Positions 17,101-26,510 of a stretch of DNA of 64,000 bases are shown in pieces. The DNA is from Minisyncoccota bacterium (GTDB taxonomy: Bacteria > Patescibacteriota > Minisyncoccia > JAHISW01 > Tagabacteraceae): positions 9,397-73,396 of the forward strand of contig JAQTSC010000003.1 of NCBI GenBank assembly GCA_028711505.1. Reading direction: 5' to 3'. The number at the start of each line of letters is the position of its first letter. The first letter of the stretch is position 1. Below the pieces are notes generated by a model. That model saw nothing but the letters and a program-made list of their open reading frames with translations, was not told the DNA's origin and searched no databases. The translations under genes and the position numbers were made by a program.

Positions 17101-17484
17101 CAGCCGCTTTCATCTTTTGAAACGCCGAATAAATTTGGCGCCGAATTTTCCGCGTTGATAAAAGACGAGCTTAATGTAAAAGAAATAAAATTCGGCAAGG
17201 AATATAAAATTGATGCAAGAATTACCGACGAGCTGAAAAAAGAGGGGATGTTAAGGGAAATAACCCGCGCGATACAGGATTTGCGCAAAAAAGCCGGGTT
17301 TGTTCAATCTGACAAAATTATTTTGGCGGTTGATACGGATGCCGGAGGCAAAGATTTTATGAGCGGGTTTGAAGAAAAGATAAAATCCGCGACCAATTTG
17401 TCGGAAATAAAATTTGTTTCTTTTGAAGAAGGCGAAAAATTTGAAGTAGGCGAATCAAGCTTCAGGATAAAAATCGAAAAATAA
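14122..17484 (+). CDS. ileS: Isoleucine--tRNA ligase with inserted histidine phosphatase domain
   Basis: EGPPTANG, GWDTHGLP, WTTTPWTLP, ISRERYWG, KMSKS; insert with RHGE, SP..RT.ETA and SHGD at about 15565-16113. Confidence 0.96.
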   Translation: MDLPEREQKILEFWEKNLIFEKTLRKEAVNGDFVFYEGPPTANGKPGIHHIEARSFKDLIPRYKTMRGFRVLRKAGWDTHGLPVELEVEKKLGLKSKKDIEEYGIEKFNQKCKESVWEYKDEWEKITKRIGFWVDLENPYITYETDYIETLWWIIKQADEKGFLYKGHKVVPNCPRCGTALSSHEVAQGYKNVSEESVYARFKIKGKENDYILAWTTTPWTLPGNVALAVGSNIEYVKIKNKDAGDNLILAKERLAAIDGEYEILEELKGADLVGLEYEPLFSGAIPENTPNFEKAFKVYSADFVSTEDGIGVVHTAVMYGIDDYELGEKIGLPKFHTVNSDGTFNESVPKWKGKFVKDTDKEIISDLESRGFLFKTENYSHDYPFCWRCGTPLLYYAKDSWFFKMSGLRDELVKNNEKINWIPGHIKEGRFGEWLKDAKDWAISRERYWGTPMPVWECEKCGKRKIAGSIDEIREEFGNPNKIFLVRHGEAETTLKGVGNSMPETEKYPLTGKGRDQIKELAKILKDEKINFIYASPILRTKETAEIIADKLGLEIIFDERLRETGLGEFNNKKIEELHSIYPTKESRAGETVRGVESGRDVRKRFEEFLSEINQKHKNKNIAVVSHGDPLQIFYGLCRGEDLMDSFRGWYPKKGETKIVYSKPVDLHRPFIDEVKLKCECGADMKRAAEVMDCWFDSGSMPFAQVHYPFENKGLVDDKKLFPADFISEAIDQTRGWFYTLLAVSTMLGFKEPYKNAICLGHVLDKNGQKMSKSKGNVVNPWEMIDKYGADSVRWYLYTVNQPGEQKRFDENDLKLSKRMFTTLFNVLSFYKMFSAAGQPEKIGVEEPAHVLDKWILNYLAKTEIEITDLLEKYDITSSARKIEAFINDLSVWYLRRSRERFKGEDEKDKAAAQKTLGEVLLSVSKLLAPFAPFSAEAVYKELCEEKESVHLENWTKADEEYDEKILEEMARVRNDVSVGLDLRLKSGIKVRQPLSSFETPNKFGAEFSALIKDELNVKEIKFGKEYKIDARITDELKKEGMLREITRAIQDLRKKAGFVQSDKIILAVDTDAGGKDFMSGFEEKIKSATNLSEIKFVSFEEGEKFEVGESSFRIKIEK

Positions 17485-17487
17485 TTT

Positions 17488-18054
17488 ATGGCTTATTCCG
17501 TCTATACCAGCGAAGCTGTGGTTTTAAAAAAACGGGATGTCGGCGAAGCCGACAGAAGTTTTTCCGTTTTTACCAAAAATTTCGGGAGAATTGAAGCGTT
17601 TAGCCGGGGTGTCCGGCTTTTAAAATCCAAACTCCGCTATAATCTTTCACATCCTGCCGTTTTAAGGCTGTCTTTTATTCCCACGCAAAACGGATTATGG
17701 CGGATTATTGATGCCGAGGAAATTAAAGTTTTGAGAAATACCAAATTGGATTCGGCAAAATTTCAATGTGTTCTGAAATTTTTTGCTTTGCTTGAGAGAT
17801 TGCTTCAGGGTCAGGAAGAAGACGCGGCTCTTTGGAAAGAGACTAGAGATTTTTTGGAAAAAATTGAAGAAGAAAAATACGGAGCAGAAGATATAAATGA
17901 TTTTTTTGTCTATACCGGGCTTAAAATACTTGGTCACATGGGCTATGCCGACAGAAATGTTTATTCCGGAGATTTTTCTTTGAAAGATGTCAGGCCAAAC
18001 AGAAAATTTTTTGTTGATTCTTTCAAACGCGGTCTGGAAAATAGCCATCTGTAA
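17488..18054 (+). CDS. recO: DNA repair protein RecO
   Basis: EAVVLK...GEADR...FTKNFGRI....GVR...SKL N-terminal OB-fold motif. Confidence 0.88.
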   Translation: MAYSVYTSEAVVLKKRDVGEADRSFSVFTKNFGRIEAFSRGVRLLKSKLRYNLSHPAVLRLSFIPTQNGLWRIIDAEEIKVLRNTKLDSAKFQCVLKFFALLERLLQGQEEDAALWKETRDFLEKIEEEKYGAEDINDFFVYTGLKILGHMGYADRNVYSGDFSLKDVRPNRKFFVDSFKRGLENSHL

Positions 18055-18085
18055 AAAAGTCGTTCCCATGATATAATTTAAAGAA

Positions 18086-20014
18086 ATGAACGGAGACAGT
18101 TTGGACAAACTTAAAAAGCGGCTTTATCGGGGAAACGGAAATTTCGATGACCGCGTGAAGAGGAAAAACGCGGAATCGGACAAACCGGACATCAAGACAT
18201 ATTGGCAGGACGGAATTTCTAAAAAACCGCTTCCCGAGAGCGAACTAAGGGGAACAGAAGATTTAATGGGTCCCAAAATCGGAAAAAAGAAAAAAACCAT
18301 TATTCTCACTTTGGCGTTTGCTTTTCTGGCGTTCGCTGTTGTTGTCGCGCTTGGAATCAGCGGAGTTTTTTCTTTGGGTAATATAGTGTCTTCAAGAAAT
18401 ATAGATATGGTTATTGAAGGTTCTCCGAATGTGGAGTCCGGAGTTCCCACAAGATGGAGAGTTCTTTTGACCAATAAAAACGAATCAAAACTTGAATTGG
18501 CGGATTTAATCATTGATTATCCTCTTGGTTCTTTGTCCGTGAAAGGAGAAAATGTTTCAAGAGAGAGGCGCGCTTTCGGAGAAATACTTCCCGGGCAGAC
18601 AAGAGACGAGGAAGTCGCTTTAATTTTTGTGGGGCAGGAAGATGATCAAAAAGAGGTTGTCATAACTCTTGAATACAGAGTGGAGGGTTCAAACGCGATT
18701 TTTGCCAAGACCGAAACAAAAACAGCCAGGATCTCACGTTCCCCCGTAGGAATTTCTTTTAATATGCCTCAGGAAACTGACTCCGGACAGGAAATCGCCG
18801 TAGAAGTAGAGTGTGTTTCAAACAGCAGCGTCGCCCTGAAAGATGTCTTGCTTAAAATAGAATATCCTCCCGGTTTCCAATTTTTGAGCGCGGAGCCGGA
18901 GCCTTATAAAGATAAAAATTCGTGGCTTTTGGGCGATTTGAATCCGCAAGAAAAAAGAAGTATTAAGATAAAAGGAATTTTGGAAGGTCAGGACATGAGC
19001 GAAGCGAATTTTAGGGCGTCGGTGGGGGTTAATGATGACGATGCTTCTTTGCTTGGTTCCGCCGCCACAGCCGTCTTAATCAAAAAGCCATTTTTAAATT
19101 TGGGTTTTCTTGTTAACGGCAAAGATATTGAATCGATTTCCGGGGCGGGAGGAAAATCTCTTTCTGTTTCAATTCCTTGGCAAAATAATTTGCCGGACGA
19201 AGTAAGGGACGTTTCCATAAAAGTGGTTTTAAAAAGCGAAGCCGTTGATTTTAGGACGCTTTCCGTCCAAGGCGGGGATTATAGCGCTTCTGGAAATTCT
19301 ATCGTTTGGAATTCTTCCAGTTTTAATAAATTTGCGGCGCTTTCCCCCGGAGATGAAGGCGTTGTCGACTTTTCTTTTCTTCTGAAAAATGTTTTTCCCG
19401 TTAATTCGTCGTCAGACAGGAATTTTTCCATAAAAATGGAAGCGGAAATGTCTGGGACGAGAAACAGCGAGTCGGGTGAAAGTTCCGTGGTAAAAAGCAT
19501 TGCCGATAAGGAAATAAAAATTTCTTCCGAGCTTCAGCTTGCGGCAAAAGTGCTGAGAGGTTCGGGTCCTTTTGCAAATACGGGTCCGCTTCCGCCGAAA
19601 GTCGGAGAAGCGACGACTTATACCGTGGTTTTTTCCGTTTCTAATCTGTATAATGATGTTCGCGACGCAGTTGTGCGGGCGGTTCTTCCTTCATATATAT
19701 CATGGACAGGAACGGTAAGCCCTTCGGATGCCGATATAAGCTTTAATTCGTCGACAGGAGAAGTTTTTTGGAAACTGGGAGTTGTTGAGGCGGGAACGGG
19801 TCTTTTAAAACCCGCGAAAGAAGCAGCTTTCAAAATATCTTTTACTCCGGCGTTAAATCAGATGGGTTCCACGCCGACGCTTGTTTCTCAAATTTCTTTG
19901 GAAGGCAGGGACACTTTTACGGATTTGCCTCTTCGCGATTCGGCAAATGATTTGGACATCGGTTCCATAAGCGAGGTTCAGGCGAACCAGAATTTAGGAA
20001 AAGTTTCAGAATAA
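18086..20014 (+). CDS. Membrane-anchored extracellular protein with repeated Ig-like/DUF11-like domains
   Basis: Single N-terminal TM segment, beta-rich repeats (YP.GF.F.SA.P, W.LG.L, GPLPPKVG..TTY). Confidence 0.7.
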   Translation: MNGDSLDKLKKRLYRGNGNFDDRVKRKNAESDKPDIKTYWQDGISKKPLPESELRGTEDLMGPKIGKKKKTIILTLAFAFLAFAVVVALGISGVFSLGNIVSSRNIDMVIEGSPNVESGVPTRWRVLLTNKNESKLELADLIIDYPLGSLSVKGENVSRERRAFGEILPGQTRDEEVALIFVGQEDDQKEVVITLEYRVEGSNAIFAKTETKTARISRSPVGISFNMPQETDSGQEIAVEVECVSNSSVALKDVLLKIEYPPGFQFLSAEPEPYKDKNSWLLGDLNPQEKRSIKIKGILEGQDMSEANFRASVGVNDDDASLLGSAATAVLIKKPFLNLGFLVNGKDIESISGAGGKSLSVSIPWQNNLPDEVRDVSIKVVLKSEAVDFRTLSVQGGDYSASGNSIVWNSSSFNKFAALSPGDEGVVDFSFLLKNVFPVNSSSDRNFSIKMEAEMSGTRNSESGESSVVKSIADKEIKISSELQLAAKVLRGSGPFANTGPLPPKVGEATTYTVVFSVSNLYNDVRDAVVRAVLPSYISWTGTVSPSDADISFNSSTGEVFWKLGVVEAGTGLLKPAKEAAFKISFTPALNQMGSTPTLVSQISLEGRDTFTDLPLRDSANDLDIGSISEVQANQNLGKVSE

Positions 20015-20034
20015 AATTTTTAGATAAAAACAAA

Positions 20035-21381
20035 ATGGCAAAAGAACAGGATAAAATGGAAAAAATAATTTCGCTCGCGAAACGTCGGGGGTTTGTTTAT
20101 CCGGGCTCGGAAATTTACGGAGGACTCGCCGGCATTTATGATTACGGACCGCTTGGCGTCGAGATGCGCCACAACATAAAGCAGTATTTTTGGAAGAAAT
20201 TTATTATTGAGCGCGAAGACGTCTACGGTATGGGTGCCGCCATTTTGATGCCGGCTAAAGTCTGGGAGGCATCGGGGCATACGGGAGTCGCCGGATTAGT
20301 GGATCCTCTTGTTGAATGCAAAATTTGCCATGAAAGGGTGCGGGCCGACCAACCGGAAGCGATAGCTGACCACGAGAAACTTCACAAGAACGAAAAAACC
20401 AAAATGGAATGGACAGAGCCGACAGTTTTTAATCTGTTGGTCAGCACCAGGCTTGGCGCTTCGGAAAAATCCGCCACTCAAGTTTATTTGCGCGGTGAAA
20501 TTACCCAGGGGGTTCACGTCAATTTCAAAAACGTTTTGGATTCAATGCATCCGAAGATTCCGTTTGGTATCGGACAAATCGGAAAAGCTTTCAGAAATGA
20601 AATCACGCCGCGAGATTTTCTTTACCGTCAGCGTGAATTTGAACAGATGGAATTGCAGTATTATATCAAGCCCGATGAGGCCGAAGGCAAAAAACAATAC
20701 GAGTACTGGAAACAGTTCGCTTTTGATTGGTACCTTGGTTTGGGCTTTAAAAAAGAGAATCTTCGTCTGCGTCAGCACGCGCCGGATGAACGCGCTCATT
20801 ATGCCAAAGATGCTTGGGATATAGAATACGATACCCCTTTCGCCGGATGGAAAGAGGCTTGGGGGCTTCACCATCGGGGAGATTGGGATTTGAAGCGCCA
20901 CAACGAATATTCAAACACAGATATGACTTATTACGACGAGGAGACAAAGGAAAGGTTTATTCCCTGGGATATTGAATGTTCCGGCGGAGTTGACAGGGCT
21001 TTTCTTTTTGTATTGCTTGAGGCCTATACCGAAGACGAACTAGGAGGCGAGACTAGGGCGTATTTAAAACTTTCTCCGAAACTGGCGCCTGTCAAAGCAG
21101 CGGTTTTTCCTCTTCTGAAGAACAAACCGGTTTTGGTAGAAAAAGCGAGAGGAGTTTATAAAATTTTGAAAGATGAGTTCGGAGCGATTATGTTTGACGA
21201 TAACGGGAATATCGGCAAACGATACAGGAGGCAGGATGAAATAGGCACTCCGTTTTGCGTAACTATAGATTTTGAAACTTTGGAAAACGACACGATGACG
21301 ATTCGCGACCGCGATACAGGAAAGCAGGAGAGAATTGACATAAAAGAAATTTCGGCATATTTTCAGGAAAGGTTGAAGTAA
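20035..21381 (+). CDS. glyS: Glycine--tRNA ligase (homodimeric type)
   Basis: LAKRRGFVYPGSEIYGG, GKAFRNEITP, REFEQME, IGKRYRRQDEIGTP. Confidence 0.96.
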   Translation: MAKEQDKMEKIISLAKRRGFVYPGSEIYGGLAGIYDYGPLGVEMRHNIKQYFWKKFIIEREDVYGMGAAILMPAKVWEASGHTGVAGLVDPLVECKICHERVRADQPEAIADHEKLHKNEKTKMEWTEPTVFNLLVSTRLGASEKSATQVYLRGEITQGVHVNFKNVLDSMHPKIPFGIGQIGKAFRNEITPRDFLYRQREFEQMELQYYIKPDEAEGKKQYEYWKQFAFDWYLGLGFKKENLRLRQHAPDERAHYAKDAWDIEYDTPFAGWKEAWGLHHRGDWDLKRHNEYSNTDMTYYDEETKERFIPWDIECSGGVDRAFLFVLLEAYTEDELGGETRAYLKLSPKLAPVKAAVFPLLKNKPVLVEKARGVYKILKDEFGAIMFDDNGNIGKRYRRQDEIGTPFCVTIDFETLENDTMTIRDRDTGKQERIDIKEISAYFQERLK

Positions 21382-21420
21382 ACTTTTGTCGATATCTTTT
21401 TGGAAAAAAGGAGGAAAAAA

Positions 21421-21657
21421 ATGCCGTTAAAATGTTCTTTTTGCAATAACGATTTAGACTTGAGCCGTCCGGAAGCCTTAGGGATAAGCGCCTTTCCTTC
21501 TTCAAACGCTTTTCCTTGCAAGGCGTGCGGACTTTTCCATTTCATAAGAGAAGATACCGGAGAAGCGCTAGTTGCGGAGATTATCGTTAAGGAAGCTTTT
21601 TTTCTGAAAAACGGAGAAGTCATTCAGGTTCAGCACGGGCCTCCTGTCTTTGCGTGA
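21421..21657 (+). CDS. Small putative zinc-ribbon protein
   Basis: SD AAGGAGG before ATG 21421; CSFC...CKAC motifs. Confidence 0.65.
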   Translation: MPLKCSFCNNDLDLSRPEALGISAFPSSNAFPCKACGLFHFIREDTGEALVAEIIVKEAFFLKNGEVIQVQHGPPVFA

Positions 21658-21679
21658 CAGGCGCAGTTCAACAATATAG

Positions 21680-21703
21680 GACGGGCTTTCGGGCCCGTTT
21701 TTT
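21680..21703 (+). terminator. Intrinsic terminator
   Basis: GACGGGCT-TTCG-GGCCCGTT stem plus T tract. Confidence 0.75.
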
Positions 21704-21732
21704 ATTTTATTAATTCGTGCTATTTTTAGAAA

Positions 21733-23019
21733 ATGATAAATTTCAAAAAGAAAACTTTAAAAAATGGGCTCAAAATAATAGCCGCGCCGATGAAGAACTC
21801 CGAAGCGTCCACTCTTTTGGCCTTGGTCGGAACAGGCTCGCGCAATGAAAACAAGAAGATAAACGGCATCTCTCATTTTTTGGAGCATATGTATTTTAAG
21901 GGAACCAAAAAGCGTCCGAAGATGGGTCAAATTCATACGGAAATGGACAGGATGGGAGCCGCCCATAATGCTTTCACTTCCAAAGAAACAACCGGGTTTT
22001 GGATAAAATCTTCAGGAAAAGATTTTGATAAAGGCTGTGATATTGTGTCTGACATGCTTTTGAACCCGGTTTTTAAGCCGGAAGAAATAGAAAAGGAAAG
22101 GGGGGTGATACTTCAGGAAATAAGCATGTATGAAGACGAACCCCGCCGCCGAGTTTGGGAAGTTTTGGAAAACGTAATTTTGGGCGACCAGCCGATTGGC
22201 TGGAATATTGCCGGAACCAAAGAAACTGTTTCAAAAATTTCCAAAAAAGACATAATTGATTACCGCGATAAAAATTATCTGTCTGAAAATACCATTATTG
22301 TCGCGACTGGAGATTTTGAAGCGGAGGACGTTTTTAAAAAAATAGAAAAATATTTCGGCGGGTTTAAAAAAGGGAAAAATAGACCGGCTGAAAAAGCTGT
22401 TTTGCCGAACAAGGAAACAAGGGCGAAAATAATTTACAAAGATTCCGACCAGACTCATCTGGCTTTGGGAATTCGCGCTTACGATATGTTTGACGAAAGG
22501 CGCTATCCTTTGGGGCTTCTTTCTTTAATTGTGGGCGGAAATTCTTCTTCTCGTCTATGGATGGAAATACGGGAAAAACTCGGGCTTGCTTATTATGTTT
22601 TTTCTTTTGCGGAGCAGTTTCTTGACTGCGGTTATTTCGGAATAGGAAGCGGCATACCGCATGAAAAATTGGAAGCGGTTTCCAAAAAAATCATCGAAGT
22701 CCTTAAATCGATAAAATTGAAAGGAGTTTCGGACAAAGAATTAAAAGATGCCAAAAGTTATACCCGGGGTCAGATGGCTTTAAAGCTTGAAACTTCCGAT
22801 GAAATAGCGTCTTTTTGCGCGGGCCAGGAGATTTTTTACGACGAAATTCTCCAGCCGGAAGAGATTCTTAAAAAGATTGAAAAGACGAGCAAAAATGATA
22901 TCCTAAAGATAGCGAATGATATTTTCGTTTCGGATAAAATCAGCATGACAGTGATAGGGAAACATTCTAATCCGGAACAAAAAGAAGATTTTTACAAAAA
23001 ATTATTTTCAAGAATATAA
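21733..23019 (+). CDS. M16 family zinc peptidase
   Basis: HFLEHM.FKGT, NAFTS.E.T, ER.VI.QE, SSRL..EIREK.GLAY. Confidence 0.93.
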   Translation: MINFKKKTLKNGLKIIAAPMKNSEASTLLALVGTGSRNENKKINGISHFLEHMYFKGTKKRPKMGQIHTEMDRMGAAHNAFTSKETTGFWIKSSGKDFDKGCDIVSDMLLNPVFKPEEIEKERGVILQEISMYEDEPRRRVWEVLENVILGDQPIGWNIAGTKETVSKISKKDIIDYRDKNYLSENTIIVATGDFEAEDVFKKIEKYFGGFKKGKNRPAEKAVLPNKETRAKIIYKDSDQTHLALGIRAYDMFDERRYPLGLLSLIVGGNSSSRLWMEIREKLGLAYYVFSFAEQFLDCGYFGIGSGIPHEKLEAVSKKIIEVLKSIKLKGVSDKELKDAKSYTRGQMALKLETSDEIASFCAGQEIFYDEILQPEEILKKIEKTSKNDILKIANDIFVSDKISMTVIGKHSNPEQKEDFYKKLFSRI

Positions 23020-24071
23020 TGCCGGAACAGCATAAAAAAAATATAGTGGAGATAAGTTTTGGTACGATAATAAAAACCGCTATTTTGGTGATAGCGATTG
23101 CTGTTCTCTATTATATACGCGATATAGTTGCGATGATCCTTTTCGCCATAGTCGTTGCTTCGGCTGTCGAGCCGGGAGCGGAATGGTTTGAAAAAAGAAA
23201 AATTCCCCGCGTTTTTGCCGTCATATTCATCTATGTAGCGGCTTTCGTTGTTCTGGGCGCCACTTTTTATCTTATCGTCCCGAATTTTATTTCAGAAATT
23301 TCCAATTTTATTTCTTCTCTCCCCGCTTTTTTCCAGAATCCTACCTTCCTTCAAAAAATTATTTCACTCGCGCCGTCGTCTTCCGACGGTTCTCTCGCCT
23401 CTCTCTTCCAAGAGATTTTCGTGCAATTTCAGAGCCAGATAAGCAAGGTGGCTTCCGGATTTTTCAAAACAACCGCCAGCGTTTTCGGGGGAGCGATGTC
23501 TTTTGTCCTTCTCATCGTTCTTTCTTTCTATCTTTCAGTGCAAAAGGACGGGCTTGAAGATTTTCTAAAGATAGTCACCCCTATAAAATACGAAGATTAT
23601 ATTCTTGGTTTGTGGCAAAGGTCGCGAACAAAAATCGGGCTTTGGATGCAGGGGCAGATACTTCTTGGAATTTTAGTTGGTGTTTTGGTGTTTTTGGGAC
23701 TTACAATTTTGGACGTGGAATATTCTTTGTCCTTCGCTTTGTTCGCGGCAGTTTTCGAAATTATACCGATATTCGGACCGGTCCTTGCTTCTATTCCGCC
23801 CATAGCCGTGGCTTTTTTGGAAAGTCCGACCCTTGCCTTGGAAGTCGCCATCCTTTTTATAATCGTACAGCAATTTGAAAATCATCTTATTTATCCTCTT
23901 GTCGTGAAAAAAATAGTAGGCGTTCCCCCCACTCTCGTGATTTTGGCTCTTCTTGTGGGAGGCAAGCTGGGCGGTTTTTTGGGGATACTTTTGGCTGTTC
24001 CGCTCGCAACCGTCTTGAAAGAATTTTTTAACGATGTCGCGGCAAAAAAACACCCGATTGCGACAAAATAA
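23019..24071 (+). CDS. AI-2E family transporter
   Basis: IP.FGP, QQFENHLIYP, G.LG.LLAVP motifs. Confidence 0.9.
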   Translation: MPEQHKKNIVEISFGTIIKTAILVIAIAVLYYIRDIVAMILFAIVVASAVEPGAEWFEKRKIPRVFAVIFIYVAAFVVLGATFYLIVPNFISEISNFISSLPAFFQNPTFLQKIISLAPSSSDGSLASLFQEIFVQFQSQISKVASGFFKTTASVFGGAMSFVLLIVLSFYLSVQKDGLEDFLKIVTPIKYEDYILGLWQRSRTKIGLWMQGQILLGILVGVLVFLGLTILDVEYSLSFALFAAVFEIIPIFGPVLASIPPIAVAFLESPTLALEVAILFIIVQQFENHLIYPLVVKKIVGVPPTLVILALLVGGKLGGFLGILLAVPLATVLKEFFNDVAAKKHPIATK

Positions 24072-24076
24072 AGGAT

Positions 24077-25618
24077 ATGGATGACGCGAAATCCCGTTTC
24101 TACATTTCCACTCCGATCTATTACGTAAACGCAAGTCCTCACATAGGACACGCTTATACTTCTGTCTTGGCTGATTCTTTGGCCCGGTATAATTATCTTT
24201 CGGGAAAAGAAATTTTTTTTCTCACCGGCACTGATGAGCACGGAGCGAAAGTCAGTCGCGCCGCTGACGCGAAAAATATTCCGGTAAAAGATTTTGTGGA
24301 TGAAAATTCGGAACGTTTTCGCGCCCTGGCGACCGCGCTTAATCTTTCTCTAAATGATTTTATCAGGACGTCTGACGAGAAAAAACATTGGCCCGGGGTT
24401 GAAAAACTTTGGCAGACTCTTGCCAACAATGGCGATATCTACAAAAGCACGTATAAAGGGCTTTATTGCGTCGGATGCGAAGCTTTTATTACGGAAAAAG
24501 ATTTAGTGGATGGAAAATGCGTTTATCACGGGAAGGAACCCGAAATAATAGAAGAAGAAAATTATTTTTTCCGTCTTTCAAAATATGGCGATAAAATAAA
24601 AGACGCCATTGAAAAAGGAGAGATGAAAATTTTTCCGGACAGCAGAAAAAACGAAGTACTTTCTTTTATAAACGACGGGCTTTCGGACATAAGCGTTTCT
24701 CGCCCGGCGCGGGACGTGAAATGGGGAATTCCGGTGCCGGCTGATCCGAGCCAAATTATTTACGTGTGGCTTGATGCTTTGGCGAATTATATTTCTGCTT
24801 TAGGTTTTGGCCGCGGCGATGACAGTCTTTTTCAAAAATTTTGGCCGGTGAATTTGCACGTTTTGGCGAAGGATATTTTAAGATTTCATGCCGTAATATG
24901 GCCGGCGGTTCTTCTTTCGGCAGAGATGCCTCTTCCGAAGGCGCTTCTGGTTCACGGGTTTATAAATGTTTCCGGCAAAAAGATGTCAAAATCAATCGGC
25001 AACGTCGTTGACCCTTTTGATTTGATAAGCCGTTATTCCGCCGATTCCCTGCGCCATTATCTTTTGCGGGAAATTTCTCCTTTTGAAGACGGCGATTTTA
25101 CGGAAGAAAAATTCAAAATTTCTTACAACGCCAACTTGGCGAACGGCCTTGGAAATTGCGTCTCGAGAATAGTAAAAATGGCTTTGTCGTATTTTGAAGG
25201 AAAAGTCATTAAGCCCGACGAGGCGTCATTAAGCGCGGTGCCGCTAAAGGAAAAAGGAGAAGAAACTTTTTCCCTTCCTTATATTTTTGAACATCAAGTT
25301 TGGCCGGAATATGAAAAATTGATGTCTGACATGAAGATAAATGAAGCTGTGGAGCATGCCGGTTCGGCAGTATCGCTTTTGGACAATTATATTCAGCAAT
25401 ACGAACCGTTTAAACTTATAAAAACAGACCCGCAAAAAACTTCCGTAGTTTTATGGAGTCTTTTGGACGGTATCGCCAATATTTCCTGGCTTATCTATCC
25501 GTTTATGCCGGAAACCGCCGAGAAAATAATGAAATCGCTCGGCGTTTTGGCATCCAAAAAAAGTTGGCAGGATTTTTCAGTAACTCCGGTTGAAAATCTT
25601 TTTCCGAAAAAATTGTGA
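24077..25618 (+). CDS. metG: Methionine--tRNA ligase
   Basis: ISTPIYYVNASPHIGH, TGTDEHG, YVWLDAL, KDILRFH, KMSKS. Confidence 0.97.
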   Translation: MDDAKSRFYISTPIYYVNASPHIGHAYTSVLADSLARYNYLSGKEIFFLTGTDEHGAKVSRAADAKNIPVKDFVDENSERFRALATALNLSLNDFIRTSDEKKHWPGVEKLWQTLANNGDIYKSTYKGLYCVGCEAFITEKDLVDGKCVYHGKEPEIIEEENYFFRLSKYGDKIKDAIEKGEMKIFPDSRKNEVLSFINDGLSDISVSRPARDVKWGIPVPADPSQIIYVWLDALANYISALGFGRGDDSLFQKFWPVNLHVLAKDILRFHAVIWPAVLLSAEMPLPKALLVHGFINVSGKKMSKSIGNVVDPFDLISRYSADSLRHYLLREISPFEDGDFTEEKFKISYNANLANGLGNCVSRIVKMALSYFEGKVIKPDEASLSAVPLKEKGEETFSLPYIFEHQVWPEYEKLMSDMKINEAVEHAGSAVSLLDNYIQQYEPFKLIKTDPQKTSVVLWSLLDGIANISWLIYPFMPETAEKIMKSLGVLASKKSWQDFSVTPVENLFPKKL

Positions 25619-25621
25619 TTT

Positions 25622-26419
25622 ATGCAGCCAAAATTTATAGATATACACTGCCATTTGGATTTTGAGCAATTTGACAAGGACAGAGAAGAAGTTATCGGCC
25701 GGATGGTTGAAGAAAATATGCTCGCGATAAATATCGGAGCGGATTTGGAGAGCTCCCTGCGTTCCGTAGAGCTTTCTCAGAACTACGATTTTATTTTCGC
25801 TTCGGCGGGTATCCATCCTCATGAAGCTGAAAAAGATATTGACTGGGATAATTTTTTAAAGCTTGTAAAAAGCGATAAGATCGTGGCGATTGGAGAATGC
25901 GGATTGGATTATTACCGAGGTTTGGGGGATAAAAAATTGCAGGAAGAATTATTCCGAAAACAGATAGAAATCGCGATTAAATTAAAAAAACCGCTGGTGA
26001 TTCATTGCCGTGAAGCCCGCCTCGACTTGCCGAGGCTTGCCGAGGCGAGTCGGGCCCATAATGAAGTCTTGAAAATTTTGTCCGATTATCCGGGCGTAAG
26101 AGCCAACATCCATTTTTTTTCGGGGAACTGGCGGCAGGCGAAAAAATATCTTGAACTCGGATTTTTTCTTTCTTTTGCCGGTCCGATTACTTTCTCTCGC
26201 GATTACGACGAAGTTATAAAAAATATGCCGCTTGAGAGAATAATGGCGGAGACAGATTCTCCTTTCGCCGCGCCCAGTCCGTGGCGAGGCAGGCGCAATG
26301 AGCCGGTTTTTGTGAAAGAAATAATTAAAAGAATAGCGGAGATAAAGGAAATTGGTTTTGAAGAAACGGAACAAAAGATGCTAAAAAATGCGGTTGATTT
26401 TTTCGGTCTGAAAATCTAA
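25622..26419 (+). CDS. tatD: TatD family hydrolase carrying a 13-aa palindrome-derived insertion
   Basis: DIHCHL, GIHP, IGECGLDY, HCREA, ETDSPF, GRRNEP. Confidence 0.93.
   Translation: MQPKFIDIHCHLDFEQFDKDREEVIGRMVEENMLAINIGADLESSLRSVELSQNYDFIFASAGIHPHEAEKDIDWDNFLKLVKSDKIVAIGECGLDYYRGLGDKKLQEELFRKQIEIAIKLKKPLVIHCREARLDLPRLAEASRAHNEVLKILSDYPGVRANIHFFSGNWRQAKKYLELGFFLSFAGPITFSRDYDEVIKNMPLERIMAETDSPFAAPSPWRGRRNEPVFVKEIIKRIAEIKEIGFEETEQKMLKNAVDFFGLKI
26016..26054 (+). repeat. 39-nt palindromic element inserted in-frame in tatD
   Basis: CCCGCCTCGACTTGCCGAGGCTTGCCGAGGCGAGTCGGG; removing it restores HCREAHNE; first 11 nt are the exact reverse complement of the end of the insert at 31054-31086. Confidence 0.8.
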
Positions 26420-26430
26420 GGTATAAGTAC

Positions 26431-26503
26431 GCCGAGATAGCTCAGTTGGCAGAGCAACTCCATGGTAAGGAGTAGGTCGGGAGTTCGAATCTCCCTCTCG
26501 GCT
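26431..26503 (+). tRNA. tRNA-Thr(GGT)
   Basis: Cloverleaf GCCGAGA/TCTCGGC, anticodon arm ACTCC-ATGGTAA-GGAGT, T loop TTCGAAT. Confidence 0.96.
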
Positions 26504-26510
26504 TAAGAAT

